NCBI RefSeq assembly: GCF_006345805.1
Contig: NC_042998.1
Span: 172,608,001-172,672,000, forward strand
Length of the DNA: 64,000 nucleotides
Direction: 5' to 3'
From: Octopus sinensis
Lineage: Eukaryota
Shown here: one piece after another, positions 27,526 to 41,040 of the stretch
How the letters are laid out: each line of letters opens with the position of its first letter
How positions within the stretch are numbered: the stretch's first letter is position 1
Translations under genes and position numbers: made by a program
The notes under the pieces: generated by a model
Told to the model about the DNA's origin: nothing
What the model saw: the letters and a program-made list of their open reading frames with translations, nothing else
The model's database searches: none

Positions 27526-27989
27526 ATCTAAGCAATAATAAATCTGAGCTACGCATAAACAGTAACCGCAAGACATCGTGAAGTATATCTGCCACTTAAA
27601 TGTGGCTAACCCTCAAGGGTGGATGCTACTGTAGCTTGTAGCCCCAGGAGGACACCTTCTCCAGCTGGCTATTGACACACTATCTGTGCTCTATCAGTAT
27701 TTGCAAAGTGAAGCCATCCTTCTCATCTCGAACCTGACATGATACACACGGACTCGAGTTTCTGCGTATTGACCCGTCATCAGCGTGTGGTAATCACCGG
27801 TTGTCGATGTGAAGTAGTTCCCAACGCAAATATATATCCTTTTTCCAGTGACGAAAAGCCACTGATATCGAAAAAGTGTTAACAAGCAATAATAAATCTC
27901 TGAGCGAGGTATAAACAGTAGCTGCACGATATCGTGAAGTATATTTGACACTTAAATGTGACAAATATACTTCACGATATATATAAGTA

Positions 27990-28850
27990 AAGGTAAGATC
28001 CAAGGATTACGGTGTAGGAAGATAGTAAGCTTCGAGCAGTTCGTAGAAGGTGTAAAAAAGAACTTTCAGTAACAATGGTGATTTATTGACGTAGAGGGTT
28101 TTAGGTTTTTCCCATATCGAAGTTCGATACGCTGAAATAAGCTACTTTCCAGTTCGTGGTTAGCAACTAGAGTTGCTATATATGCGAATAAAAATCCAAA
28201 TTGAGGGAATGAAGCAGGTAATATCTTGGCTAGATATGTTTCCTAGCTAGCAGAACCTCAGAAGTGATAAGTACCCAAAGAAGGGTGCTCCACTAGCTAC
28301 TCAGCAGGCCGTAGATACCTTATTTAAATGAAGGTTACATTGTTGTCAAGGGATCCCTAGTTAATTCGCTGGAGATTTTATCGAAAATGAGTGTATATAC
28401 ATATATGTATGTGTGTGTGTATACATACATACATACATACATACATACATACATACATACATACATACATACATACATACACACACACAAACACACACAC
28501 ACATACACATATAATTCAATGTAAAGGTAAGATCCAAGGATTAGGGTGGAGGCGGTTGGTAAGCTTCGAGCAGTCTGTAGTAGATATAAAAAGCAACTTT
28601 TTATTGACGTAGAAGGTTTTAAGTTTTTCCCATATCGAAGTTCGATAAACTGAAAAATGTTATTTTTATAGTTTACGGTTACCAGCTGGTGTTGCTGTTC
28701 ATGCGAATAGAAATCCCAAATTAGTGAATGGAGTAGATAGAATCCAGGCTACATGTGTTTCATAGCTAGCAGAACCTCGGAAGTAGTAATTATCCAAACG
28801 AGTTGTAATCTGCTAGCTACTCACCAGGTCAAACATACCTTATCCTCAAG
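27990..28850 (+). repeat. Diverged ~350-bp direct repeat (27990-28340 and 28520-28850) separated by (TACA)n(CA)n
   Basis: Shared blocks AAGGTAAGATCCAAGGATTA, GTAAGCTTCGAGCAGT, TTTTTCCCATATCGAAGTTCGATA, TAGCTAGCAGAACCTC. Confidence 0.85.
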
Positions 28851-28909
28851 GGAACCCATGTTGACTTCTTTTGATTAAGGTATCCTTGGCCCGATGAGTA
28901 GCAAGCGGA

Positions 28910-29060
28910 TTCCGTCGAGGTCGACTTTGCTTTTCATCTTTTCGGAGTCGATAAATTAAGTACCAGTTAGTCACTGGAGTCGATATAATCGACTCAATTC
29001 GGTTGTCTGTCTTTGTTTGTCCTCTCTGTGTGTAGTCCCTTGTGGGCAGTAAAGAAATAA
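28910..29060 (+). mobile_element. Octopus-type SINE, head-truncated
   Basis: GAGGTCGACTTTGC...GTCGATAAATTAAGTACCAGTTA...TTGTGGGCAGTAAAGAAATA, matching 33628-33858. Confidence 0.85.
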
Positions 29061-29504
29061 GAAGGGTAACTATTTGTGAAGATGGAGCAATCGTCACACA
29101 TACACACACACACATGCATTGCGTGCATATGTACGAATGTACATATGCATGCATGTGCGTATATGCATGCAAGTATGTGTGTTTGGAGGTGATTCGATTA
29201 TACAATATCTCATTAATCATTTGTATTAGTTATTTTACAAAATGTTCTCAAACCGATTATTAAACGTAGAAATCATATTGAACATCGGAGCGCGCGCGCA
29301 CCCTCACATATATGCAATTGGAAACATATTTTCCTAATTTTTCTTGTGTTTCATATGCCACGTATTCCTATGTTCAGTACGATTTCCGTGTTTAACAATC
29401 TGCATGAGATCATTTGGTAGAGTAATTAATGCAAATTACTACTGCACATATGCAAGTATGCATGTATGTATGTATGTATGTATGTATGTATGTATGTATG
29501 TATG

Positions 29505-29535
<31 letters not shown>

Positions 29536-29611
29536 GTATGTATGTATGTATATATATATGTATGCATGTATGTGTGTGAGTGTGTGTATGTGTGCGTGTG
29601 TATGTATATAT

Positions 29612-29663
<52 letters not shown>

Positions 29664-29949
29664 AGTTCTAAAATCTCTCTAAGAGATCAACACAGCAGTT
29701 GTACTAACAAGTAATGTTCGTAGCCATTTCAACATGGCTGTCCATCAAGTCATAACGACATTAACAATATTAATCTTAGTTCGAATAACAACACTAAATT
29801 GTGTAATGTAATTTTGCAGCGTAAGGGAGATAACCATTATTTAAAACCCATTTTTCGTTATAAAGGTACATCGAGTGCTTTTAAAGATAATTACCCTAAT
29901 AACAAGGTACGTCCTAGCGAAACTGTTTGGTTGATAATTCCATATGGTA

Positions 29950-30620
29950 AGTAGATCAAATCCAACCTTTTTTTTATCAGCTTCGTGTAGCTATAGAAAG
30001 GAATTTCCCAAAAATTCAAGATACTATTCGATTATTAATTCACACCGAATCAAGATATGATTTTCTAACATAAAAACATCTTTCACAAATCATTTCTTCG
30101 CATAATAATAAGTTGTTAAATGCAAATCCACTTAATGAAAATAGTAACATTGATATTGTTAACACTAACCATTCTTTAAAGAATAATAACAGCTATGTTC
30201 GCATTCGTTTCCTTAGTAGTAATTCTAAGATTTGAAACTCTATTTATCAATGTAAAATTACTTCCAGTTCTGGTGTCTTTTTTTTATATAGATAGTTCTT
30301 CATCTCAGTTGTCCAAAAGAATTTCTAATCATTACTCTACATTTAGACATATCAATAAACGTAACGATATTGGACTTAATAAATTAATTTGGTATCTAAA
30401 GGGTCATAGTAGTAAAACTTTGATTTGGAATGGAATATTCTATCTAAATTATTTCCGTATGATAAAGGTAAATCTTTCTGTTCCCTTTGTAACGATGAAA
30501 TGTATTTCATCTTGTTCTCAGAGAATCCTCTTGTAAACACGTTTATCGTTGCAAACATTGGCAAAAACATACCCTTAGTTCCTATAAGTGATTTGTACCA
30601 TACTATAAAATTCGACCTTT
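29950..30620 (+). mobile_element. Highly degenerate PLE GIY-YIG C-terminal region (Naiad-like signature)
   Basis: KRISNHYSTFRH...LNKLIWYLK followed by WNILSKLFPYDKGKSFCSLCNDEMYFIL, resembling W.I.....Y....C.LC..EK..I of PLE endonucleases. Confidence 0.55.
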
Positions 30621-31004
30621 AACTATCTTCTTAAATTTCACTTCCACTAAATATATCTACTTCCAAGCCTTTAAGATTTATTCCTATTCACCTTTCGCTC
30701 TATATCTCTCCACTATTATTTTCCTGCTAATTTCTCTCTTCCTCTCCCTTCTCTTTCTATAAACTGCCCTTGACGTTATATCTGTTAAAGTTTTTTTAAA
30801 AAAAAAAAACCAACTTGCTAGCGTTCCTTTCATCATATGCACAGTCATCTCATTCTGCTAGATTGTTTTACTGATGTCTTTGGTTTCTTTCTTTCCATAA
30901 TGAGAAGATTGCATTGTTTTACATCATTTTATTCCTCAAAACATATGTCGGAAGTAAAGAGATTTGAATAACACCTGCGTTTAACTCCATCTCTCTCTCT
31001 CTTT

Positions 31005-31165
<161 letters not shown>

Positions 31166-31299
31166 TTTGATTACACCAGCAGGAAAATAGAACTCAAAAC
31201 ATGAGTATGGATGTACACACACACATACACACACACACAACAAGAACATACACACATGCATAAACATGCACACATGTATATATATATATATATGTATAT

Positions 31300-31332
<33 letters not shown>

Positions 31333-31587
31333 AATATATATATATATATTATTGTGTCAAAGAAGAGCTATTTTGTTTTAATGCATTATTAGTTAATACA
31401 CTCACACTCATCGGTCCGATTTTCACTCATTTACTTATGTATTTTTTCTAAAATTTTCGTTGCTTCTTCAAAAGTCGTTAACTTTCTATATATAATGAAT
31501 AAGTAAAACAAGAAAAAGAATACAAGAAGAACAAGTTTCCAAAAAGTTATTAATAGTTGCCCGCTTGAAAATAAAAGGTAAGAAATA

Positions 31588-31628
31588 GCTGTTTGACATT
31601 TCGTATATGAAGTCCTTCATCAGAAAAA
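31588..31628 (-). ncRNA. Degenerate minimal type I HHR motif (PLE pLTR-like)
   Basis: Minus strand TTTT CTGATGA A GGACTTCATATAC GAAA T GTC AAAC; stem II poorly paired. Confidence 0.45.
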
Positions 31629-31829
31629 AAAAGAAGAGAGAAGACTGATAAAAAAGGAGGGACGAAAATGTTAGGGGTCGGGTGGGAATGCAATTCTATG
31701 GATACGAGTTAAGAAGTGACAAAGAGGTATGTAAGGGAGATTATCTGTGTCAGGACATCCACGTTTAAGTAAAAATAGATATTACGCCACGATATTAGTA
31801 CTGTCTCTGCCACTATATATATATTTAGT

Positions 31830-32045
31830 ATCTGTTATTTGTTTTAATCATTAGAGTGCAGCCTTGCTTGGGCTGAAGAATTTTAAGTGAATCTTCAAAA
31901 TTTTCAGGTGGACGAATGTACCCCAACTCTGATCTCAAGCCTAGTACTTATTCTCTTTTGCAGGATCGTCAAGTTGACAGGACTTAAAGAAGCCAACAGC
32001 GGTTGTCAACCGGTGTAGTGGAGACAAGGACAGACAGACAGACAC

Positions 32046-32097
<52 letters not shown>

Positions 32098-32248
32098 GAC
32101 TTTCGGTTACGGATTACCAAATCCATTGGCAAGGGTTTATTCGGCCCGGGGTTATAATAGAAGACACATGCCCAACGTGACGCGCAGTGAGGCTGAACCT
32201 GGAACCGTGTGGCTGGTAAGCGAACTTCTTAACACACAGCCACGCCTA
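31830..32248 (-). mobile_element. tRNA-derived SINE with internal (CA)n
   Basis: Minus strand head AGGCGTGGCTGTGTGTTAAGAAG...GGTTCCAGGTTCAGCCTCACTGCG then TTGGGCATGTGTCTTCTA (CORE-like, inference); tail with AATAAGTACTAGGCTT. Confidence 0.75.
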
Positions 32249-33166
32249 AAAGTTACAAAGTGATTCAAGGCCCAAGAGTTTTGTCCGCTGACACTTAATG
32301 ATCAGAGACACACGTATGCACATACATGAGTGCGCGCGCGCTGCATGTGTGAGCGTGCGTACCTATGTGCATGTGTTTTTTGTTTATAGTCTCATTATGA
32401 ATGAAGACAGAGTCCATGACTATTTATAGGGCTTTGATGGGATGGAAAGAATCAGGTATTCGCAAACCGGAGACCTGACCAGAATGTTTGGAACAAATTG
32501 GGCTCCACTAAAGAACTGAAGTGTTAAACTGGGCGGCAAGTTATGTCTACTACCCTAGGAGATCATTGCCGTATTCGAAATGAGGACGAAAGGAGCCACC
32601 CAAAGAACTCAATCTTTCACTATCTGCCTATGTGTTGTTTGGAAAAGAAGCGTATCCTTTAAGTTAGCGGTGTGATAAACAACGATTTCTGAAATAATAC
32701 CAGGCTAAGAAAGTAAGTAGTGGTGTCTTTATGATCGACTAAAACACTTGTTGGTACTAGCTTAGGTTGTCTGAAGCTTAGGGATTAAGAAATTCGATTT
32801 GGAATCATCTGGTTTCGTGTTCAACCTAACGCGTGACATCTTGCGTATGAGTCCTATCATAGGCTTGCCGGTCAATATCTTGTGAGGGAATTTGGTAGAC
32901 GGGTGATTTGATTTTTTACTGGTGAAGACTTGTGTACGAACAGCCACACTTTTTGGAAATGTTGATTTGCAGAACGTTTGTGCTAATGCTTACTACAGAC
33001 ACAATGAACAGCATTCCACAGGATTTTCTTTCAGTTTTCCATATCCTTCGTTATTTGCCTTCATCACGACTTACGGTCCAGCCTATCCGGGTTGACTAAA
33101 TGCACATCTTAGCAACAAATCGGAAATTTGTAAGTACTCGTACTTGCCGCGCGCGCGTACACAAAC

Positions 33167-33625
<459 letters not shown>

Positions 33626-33627
33626 AA

Positions 33628-33858
33628 GGCGGCGAGCTGGTAGAAACGTTAGCACGCCGGGCGATATTCGTAGCCGTATTTCGTCTGTCGTTACGTTCCG
33701 AGTTCAAATTCCGCCGAGGTCGACTTTGCCTTTCATCCTTTCGGGGTCGATAAATTAAGTACCAGTTACGCACTGGGGTCGATGTAGTCGACTTAATCCC
33801 TTTGTCTGTCCTTGTTTGTCCCCTCTGTGTTTAGCCCCTTGTGGGTAGTAAAGAAATA
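33628..33858 (+). mobile_element. Octopus-type SINE, full length
   Basis: GGCGGCGAGCTGGTAGAAACGTTAGCACGCCGGGCG...GAGTTCAAATTCC (B box)...GTGGGTAGTAAAGAAATA; several homologous copies in the window. Confidence 0.92.
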
Positions 33859-34010
33859 TATATATATATATGTATGTATGTATACACACACACATACACA
33901 CACAAATATATATATATAAACATCTGTCTGGTCTGTCTATCTATCTATCAATCTATCTATCTGCCTATCTTTCTATCCACCTGTCTGTCTGTCTGTCTGT
34001 CTCTCTGTCA

Positions 34011-34044
<34 letters not shown>

Positions 34045-34702
34045 GTTTACACGGTAATGTATTTGTGTTTCTATACTTCAGAGTGTTATATATTTTGATA
34101 GCAACACTTCATGAATATAAACTAGCAAGCTTAATGTTATGTTTATGTAAAATCTCGAGACAAAAATCTGTTCCTAAAGGTAAATGACCTGCCACAAAGC
34201 AACAGTCTTGTTTATCTTCATATATAACGTTTGTCTTTACTTCATTGATAATAGTTTTTCACCACAGATACAATCTTTATAACACGAACCCTTGGCGTAG
34301 ATTTAGTACTATAACCCAAACAGAAATGACGAGAATAAAACAGTATTTAGTCAATATGAATCATAGTATTACACCTGTAATAACTATCATAGCAAAATGA
34401 ACGCTGGCGACTAATTAGCTATAACTGCACCTATTTCCCAAAGTATATCACAATACATACAGCTACTTCTAAAAATACTGGATACAATGTCACTTCGGAA
34501 ACCTTTGTTTTGTCAGCTAGTAAGTGTGAAGATGACATTGTCTCGTACGTACATACATGCATACATACATACATACATACATACATACATACATACATAG
34601 ATACATGCATACATGCATACATACATACATACATACATACATACATACATACATACATACATACATACATACATACATACATACATACATACATACATAC
34701 AT

Positions 34703-34905
34703 ACATGGTGGCTGTCCTCTCGATATCGAGTATGGCCATTGCACGAAGCTTAATCAATGTTGTTATCGTGCAATGCCTGTGCGAGAAGATTTTTTTTAAA
34801 GTGAGGAAAAGCTGTGCACTGAGTCAATCCCGCTCACTAAGCAACAGCAGCCATAATCCGAGAACAAGAACAAATCAACATCATCAGTAACCACTGAGCC
34901 GCAGA
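34703..34905 (-). repeat. Partial copy of the 35385-35850 repeat
   Basis: Roughly 85% identical by eye to 35388-35590; both are preceded by (TACA)n. Confidence 0.85.
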
Positions 34906-35384
34906 TTTTAATACATACATACATACATACATACATACATACATACATACATACATACATACATACATACAAACTTCTACCCTGACTATGAATTCTTATC
35001 GGTACCTATCTTCATAGGTTCATTAAGCTATCTACCAACAAATTTGCACAAAATCTGGAAGCACTTGGGTTGATGGCAAAAGAGCAAAAGAAACTGACGC
35101 GGATTCTTCAAATCCAATCTATTTGTGGCACAATGAATATTTGAACACATTCCAGAATTTCTCCATCTGGGATTCATATGTTAACAGATGCACTCACTTG
35201 GGTGTATGCATCGACATTTTAACCAACACACCAACACCGGAAACTTTCTTAACTCAAAAGTCTTGTCGCTTTGTTAGCGACTGGTTTGAACTCTCTAACG
35301 AAGAACTTAAACTCAAAGAAAAATCATACATACATACGTACGTACACACATACATACATACATACATACATACATACATACATA

Positions 35385-35849
35385 CATACATAGTGGCTGC
35401 CCTCTCGTTATCGAGTATGGCCATTGCAGAAAGCTTAATCAATGTTGTTATCGCGCAATGCCTGAGCAAGAAGATTTTTTTAAGTGAGGAAAGGCTGTGC
35501 ACTGAGTCAATCCCACTCACTAAGCAACAGCAGCCATAATCCGAAAAGAAGATCATGTCAACATCATCGGTAACCACTGAGCCGCAGGCTTTATGTCGGA
35601 GTTATCCCAGTTACCTGAGTTACCTTCTCCTAGAAGGATGCCCTAACAAAGGCTAGGAGTCCTTGACTCCCAATGGTTCCTCCGCCCTTTGACGGGTTTT
35701 GTTTTTCATCCCGCAGGGTGTCCAATAAACACCTTCCTCACCAAGCAAACTTGGTGGGGTTGCCTGTTTAGTCGCCGACGACCCGACCATGCAACAGGTT
35801 GTACTGGGTTACATGTTACCAGTAGCACTCGAAAGTGACCTGACATAGA

Positions 35850-35850
<1 letters not shown>
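35385..35850 (-). mobile_element. Probable RTE-LINE 5' UTR-derived repeat
   Basis: GC-rich; minus strand CTAGGAGAAGGTAACTC resembles RTE 5' UTR motifs (inference); partial copy at 34703-34905. Confidence 0.45.
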
Positions 35851-35881
<31 letters not shown>

Positions 35882-35889
35882 AGAGATGT

Positions 35890-36190
35890 AGGCTGTGAAA
35901 GACCAAGACCGATGACATAAGCGACATTTTTGTCAGCTGTGAGAGAACGTCTTTCAAATATTATCTTCTCATGAGGTATGATGCAGCGGTCAGAACGGCG
36001 TGGAACAGGATACGCATTCAGGTTCATACTTATTATTATTAGAGCTACAGGATACATACCAACCCGTCTGGAGCAAAGTATAACTGACTTGAGATCATGA
36101 GGAGAGAACACAAAGCCTTAATTCATACGCTACAAATGATCACGATATCTGGCGCCATAAAAGTCTGCAAAACCTTAAGATTTAAAGGAT
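35890..36190 (+). mobile_element. 3' fragment of an RLE-type (R4/Dong-like) LINE
   Basis: IIIRATGYIPTRLEQSITDL...LIHTLQMITISGAIKVCKT resembles the RLE C-terminus. Confidence 0.55.
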
Positions 36191-36422
36191 GTTGCACAAA
36201 ACGAGATGCTTTCCTTCACAACCTTGCTACCAAGTAAATGGTCGGGCAGTATTTACTCTCAATAAAAAAGGAGAAAGCGAAGAACATTCATGCATACATG
36301 CAAACATGCAGTCTTACATTCAAGGCTACTAATATGAAGTCTAAAGGTCTACGAAAGAGCTTTTGTTTCTGAGTTAGAAACCGTACCTTTCTTCTTTCAT
36401 AAGAAATTTGTGAAATAAAACC

Positions 36423-36508
<86 letters not shown>

Positions 36509-36918
36509 CAACATATACATATGTCTGTGTTTGTGTGTGCACGCGCGTGTGTATACGTGTGTGTGACTGTGTGTGTGTATGCGTATGTGTGTGTGTGCCT
36601 GTGTGTATACATACAATTGCTCCCCGAAATTAATACGGTACTAAGTTCGCACTATTTTCATCCTGTCACAAGTTTTTTGTACTTTACTTACATGAAGTTG
36701 TATTAATATATTGTCATCCGTCATTCCTGTTTTGAGATTTGATTCTTCTTCTGCGATAGTTAGGTAGAACACATGCTAATATATCCATAATTTAGAATTA
36801 TTTTGCATATTTTGCTGAATATATTCGAAATTGAATAATGGAATTTCAAATGCAAAACTGAAAACAGACATAATCAATTACTCTAGAACAGAAGTTAAAA
36901 TATTAAACTCAACATGTA

Positions 36919-38199
36919 CAGGGTGGGGAAGCAAAATTTACAATATTTTGAGGCAGGGATCGAAAGACAGTGTATGACCAATTAGTTTATCGAAAGTCAT
37001 GAGAATTTATTTACCGCAAGAAAATTTACATAATAGAAAATGTTTTTATTCTATGTACCCTCCTTCTTTCTCAATAACTGCCTGAAACTTGCACAAGTGT
37101 TCCTCAAATATTCGGGAGACAACTTCTTCCATTTTTCTTTAATAGTATCTTTAAGAGAGTCGACATTGCTGTGTGATGTTCTATTGGTAACATGTTCTAA
37201 AATGCCCCATATAGCATAATCCAGGGGGTTTAGATCTGGGCTAGAAGGCGGCCATAAATATGATTCCAAAAAATTGCTAAAGCTGGATTTGCAGAAATCT
37301 TGTATTTTTCTAGCTGTCTGGGCTGGAGCACCATCCTGTGTCCATACATAATTACCATCTGGGTATTTTGCTTTAAGCCATGGCACTACCTCGTATCTCA
37401 GAGTCTTGTAGTAAGTATTAACATTGATCTTTTCATCAGCTTTGTAGAATTTTATAGGCATTTTCTTTCCATCGGAATCCACACCACCAAAAGCCATAAC
37501 TTGAGCAGGATGTTTTGTTTTGAATGTCCCCTTAACCTCAGCTGTCAATTTTGCAATAAATCTGTCATTTCTGCGGTTCAAATCAGCATCGACAGTGATG
37601 ATCTTTTCATCTGAAAAGATCATTACATTGGAAGACATTTTCTTGAACCATGTAATAATTTTCTTGCACCTTTCCAATCTCTTTTCCTTCATAGCTGTTG
37701 TCAACAAGTGTTTTGGTGTTCTTGTGTAAGATTCTAGCCTTAAATCATCATATTTTACTGCATTTCTAAAGGTCATGCTGTCTACCTCAAGTTCAACAGC
37801 TATTTTTCTCATGGATTTGGTTGGATCCTTTAGGATTTCGGATTTGAGAGCTTTAATAAAAGCTTTGGTACGCTTTTTGTTGATTCCTCCACTTCCAGAC
37901 TTCCTCGTAATAGATTTGCTCATAGTCATTCTATTCTTTACATTATAAACAGTCTTTATGGACACTCCAGCTATTCTTGAAATCTCCTTTGGTGTGACCA
38001 ATGCATTCAGCAAATCACACACTCTTTGACGTTTGCTTTTCCTGATTACTCAAATGGGCAAAAGTTTCTGAAAAGGTAAGGATAATAGTGTTATGTATGA
38101 TTATGACATTAATATATGCTGGGTTTCAAAACAATTGACTTAGTGCCTGCTGAGAAAAAACAACTTAAAGTTCATTGCAGATTTTGCTTCCCCACCCTG
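36919..38199 (-). mobile_element. maT (DD37D) transposon, full length 1281 bp
   Basis: TIR CAGGGTGGGGAAGCAAAAT, 19 bp perfect and ~26 bp with 2 mismatches; TA at 36917 and 38200. Confidence 0.96.
37051..38022 (-). pseudogene. maT DD37D transposase, 323 open codons, damaged ends
   Basis: IFSDEK, WTQDGAPAQ, WPPSSPDLNPLDY with 37 residues between second and third D; upstream TTGAGTAATCAGGAAAAGC implies lost ATG plus a 1-nt insertion; C-terminus appears shortened. Confidence 0.92.
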
Positions 38200-38779
38200 T
38201 AAATAGAAAGAATTCAACAGAATTTGCGAAATATTTTGCTATAAATGAAGCAGCCTGGTGAATGTGGATCAAGTATCGCGAAACAGGTAAAGAATCTGAA
38301 GAAGGTTCCAGTTCAGTTAAAAGAAAAAAAAGAAGAAAAATCAAAGCCAGTATAATCGAAATTTTTCCAAAAGTTTAAAATGCACATCAGAAGTCAGGTT
38401 ACAGAAGTAAATCCCTGGACATTACTGTTTGGAGTGTCAGTGGTGCATCATAACACTGGAGCAACATGAAATGAAGTCTTTTGCTCAAGAATACATCGCA
38501 CTTTCGGTACAAGAATCGAAATCACAATGGCAAGATCGTGAGAGCAACACCCTATCCACTGGTCATTGTCTAGTTACGCTGGGAAAAACCATTATGTTCT
38601 ATATTTTGGATCAAAGATAAAATTCCAAAAAGATTGCCCATTTACTACAAAATCAAAAGACAAAAAAATCAAGAATTTTAATTAAAATGATCATAACAAA
38701 TTCTACATCTAATCGATAAAAATCTGGATTTTCAGGCAGGACAATGTAAAAATCGAAGCTTTCTACATAATAGCGAACT

Positions 38780-39560
38780 GCATGGTGAATGTGGATCAAG
38801 TGTCACGACTCAGCTAAAGAATCTGAAGAAGGTTCCAGTTCTTTGAACAAGTATTTAATGTTGATGGAACTGATCTATTCTAGACAAAATGCGTAAGGAG
38901 ACTTTTGCATCATGAACAGAAAACAAAAACAGTAAAATCAGTTTGCTGATTCAAAGTATCTAAAGCTTAAATCGCATTATTATCATACTGCGATGCCTTA
39001 AGTGATTGTTTCTTGAAAGGAGTGAATAAAAGTATTCTCCCTGTTCATTGGCTTGCTAATAATATTGCTAATAATATTGCTAATAATATTTCTGCAATAT
39101 TAAAAGAACATATTTTATCAAAACTTTGTTCCTGAAGCTGAATTTTATATAAAAGAAAATATTGACTGTAAAATTGTATTATCAATTGATAACTTTCAAA
39201 ATCATTCTCGTGATTTTGAAAACACCATTGTTAAAGTTGTGTTCTCCCTGCGCAAGGCTACGCCAATTATTCAACTATTAGGTCAAATTATAATTAGTAA
39301 TTTTCTTTAGTAATTTTGTTAAACATTATACTGGATGATATGTAAGAAAATTAGCTAATGTTTCAGAGGCTAGCAAAAAACCGATACAATTTATTGAGAA
39401 GATAATGGCCATGGTAATTCATAGGCATTTAGAAAAAAAAACAACGTTAAATGAACGATGGAAGGGCGTTTTGCCTGGATTAGTTCTAAATGGTAGTGAT
39501 GCCGAAACAAGGAAAAGCCTAAACATATACAATTGATATCGTCCCTTCAAGAAATGGCGA
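38780..39560 (+). mobile_element. Decayed pogo/Tigger-like transposase remnant
   Basis: QVFNVDGTDLF (cf. FNVDETGLF), FKVSK, GVNKSILPVHWLAN, IDNFQNH..IVKVVFS..TPIIQLLGQ, with frameshifts. Confidence 0.7.
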
Positions 39561-39822
39561 AAAATTAGTTTTAGTCGTCAAAAAAATGAAGATTTCGTTG
39601 ATATGGTAGTGTAACTGTATATAACGAAAGCGTTTCCTGTATTGGTGAACAAAACTTTATGATTATTGCAAAAATTGGTAAGAAACACAGCCAAAGGTAA
39701 AATGTTTGGAAATTGATTTCATTAAGGATAATCCTAATATGGAACACAGATTGAAATTTCAAGGAGAAACATGGCACTCTGTAGCAATATACAAAAGATA
39801 TGAAAATGTTTCGCAGATTAAA

Positions 39823-39874
<52 letters not shown>

Positions 39875-39944
39875 GCACACACACACACACACGCACACAT
39901 ACACGCATATATATATCAAAAATCAATATGATAAACGTTACTTA

Positions 39945-40160
39945 AGGCGGTGAGCTGGCATTATCGTTAGTACGCCGGGTGAAATGCATAGCGGTATTCC
40001 GCCCGTCTTTACTTTCTGATTTCCAATTACACCTAGGTCGATTTTGCCTTCATACTTTTGGGGCCGATAAACTAAGTACAAGTTCAGCACTAAGATCGAT
40101 ATAATTGACTTACTCCTCCGCCAGAACTGCTGGCCCTCTGCCAATATTTGAAATCAGTAC
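39945..40160 (+). mobile_element. Octopus-type SINE, older subfamily with a different tail
   Basis: GGCGGTGAGCTGGCATTATCGTTAGTACGCCGGG head homologous to 33628. Confidence 0.8.
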
Positions 40161-40404
40161 GATAAACATTGCAAACAAACTACATTTATAAAATTGCCAC
40201 ATGTTACTCATTTCGTGGTTTCACTAAGAGACTACGGCCATACCAGGTTACCACCTTTGTGGTTTTAGTCAATGACATTGGTTCCAGAATTTACTTCAAT
40301 CCGGAATCTATTTTATTGTCTCTATTTGTCAAGCCGTCAGTTTACAGGACACAGTAATACAATATAAACAACAACAGGTCTTATTTCCAGTAGAAACACA
40401 AATA

Positions 40405-41040
40405 TACTTTTGCAATCCTAACGTGCATAAACAGTGGTTAAGCAAGAGTCAGTTTTCGGAACTTGTCTCCAAACATTGGCATTTCGAAAACAGGGTGATG
40501 TTCTGTGTCTGGGAGAATTATGGAGGGGATGATTAACTACCAGTTCATTCTGGGTGGTGGAACAATCGATGCAAACGTGTAACTGAAGTCGATGTATGCC
40601 GTTGTGCAGCAAAAATACCTGTGATTGGTTAACAGAAAGCAAGATCTTCTGTAGGAAACCACGTACATCCTCATACAGCTCGAACAACTCGAAATAAACT
40701 CCAGGAACTAGATGGAATCGAAGTGATACCACACCTAGCATATAGTCTAAACCTAGCTCCCTCCGATTATAACTTGTTCAGATCCATGGTTCACTTGCTG
40801 CACTCGTGAAACAAGCTTCATCAACCAAGAAGATATGGAAACTTCACTGAAGGATTTCTTCACTTCAAAGAACAAGAACTAGCATTAGCGTCGGATCAAA
40901 GACCTGGCAGGACTTCAGACGAGGCGACACGATGGCCCCCTACATTGAATGCTGGATTGCTTTTGTTGTAAGTTGACGAATAAAGCAAATAAGTTAGCAA
41001 AGTTAACAAAATATTGCAAAACTTTTGATTCAACACAATA
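40405..41040 (+). mobile_element. Decayed mariner, 3' half
   Basis: HPHTARTTRNKLQELDGIEVIPHLAYSLNLAPSDYNLFRSM; TIR-like end TTTTGATTCAACACAATA. Confidence 0.85.

Noticed and set aside
27590-27700. GC-rich segment as an HDV-like ribozyme
   Set aside because: P1, L3 and P1.1 could not be built convincingly.
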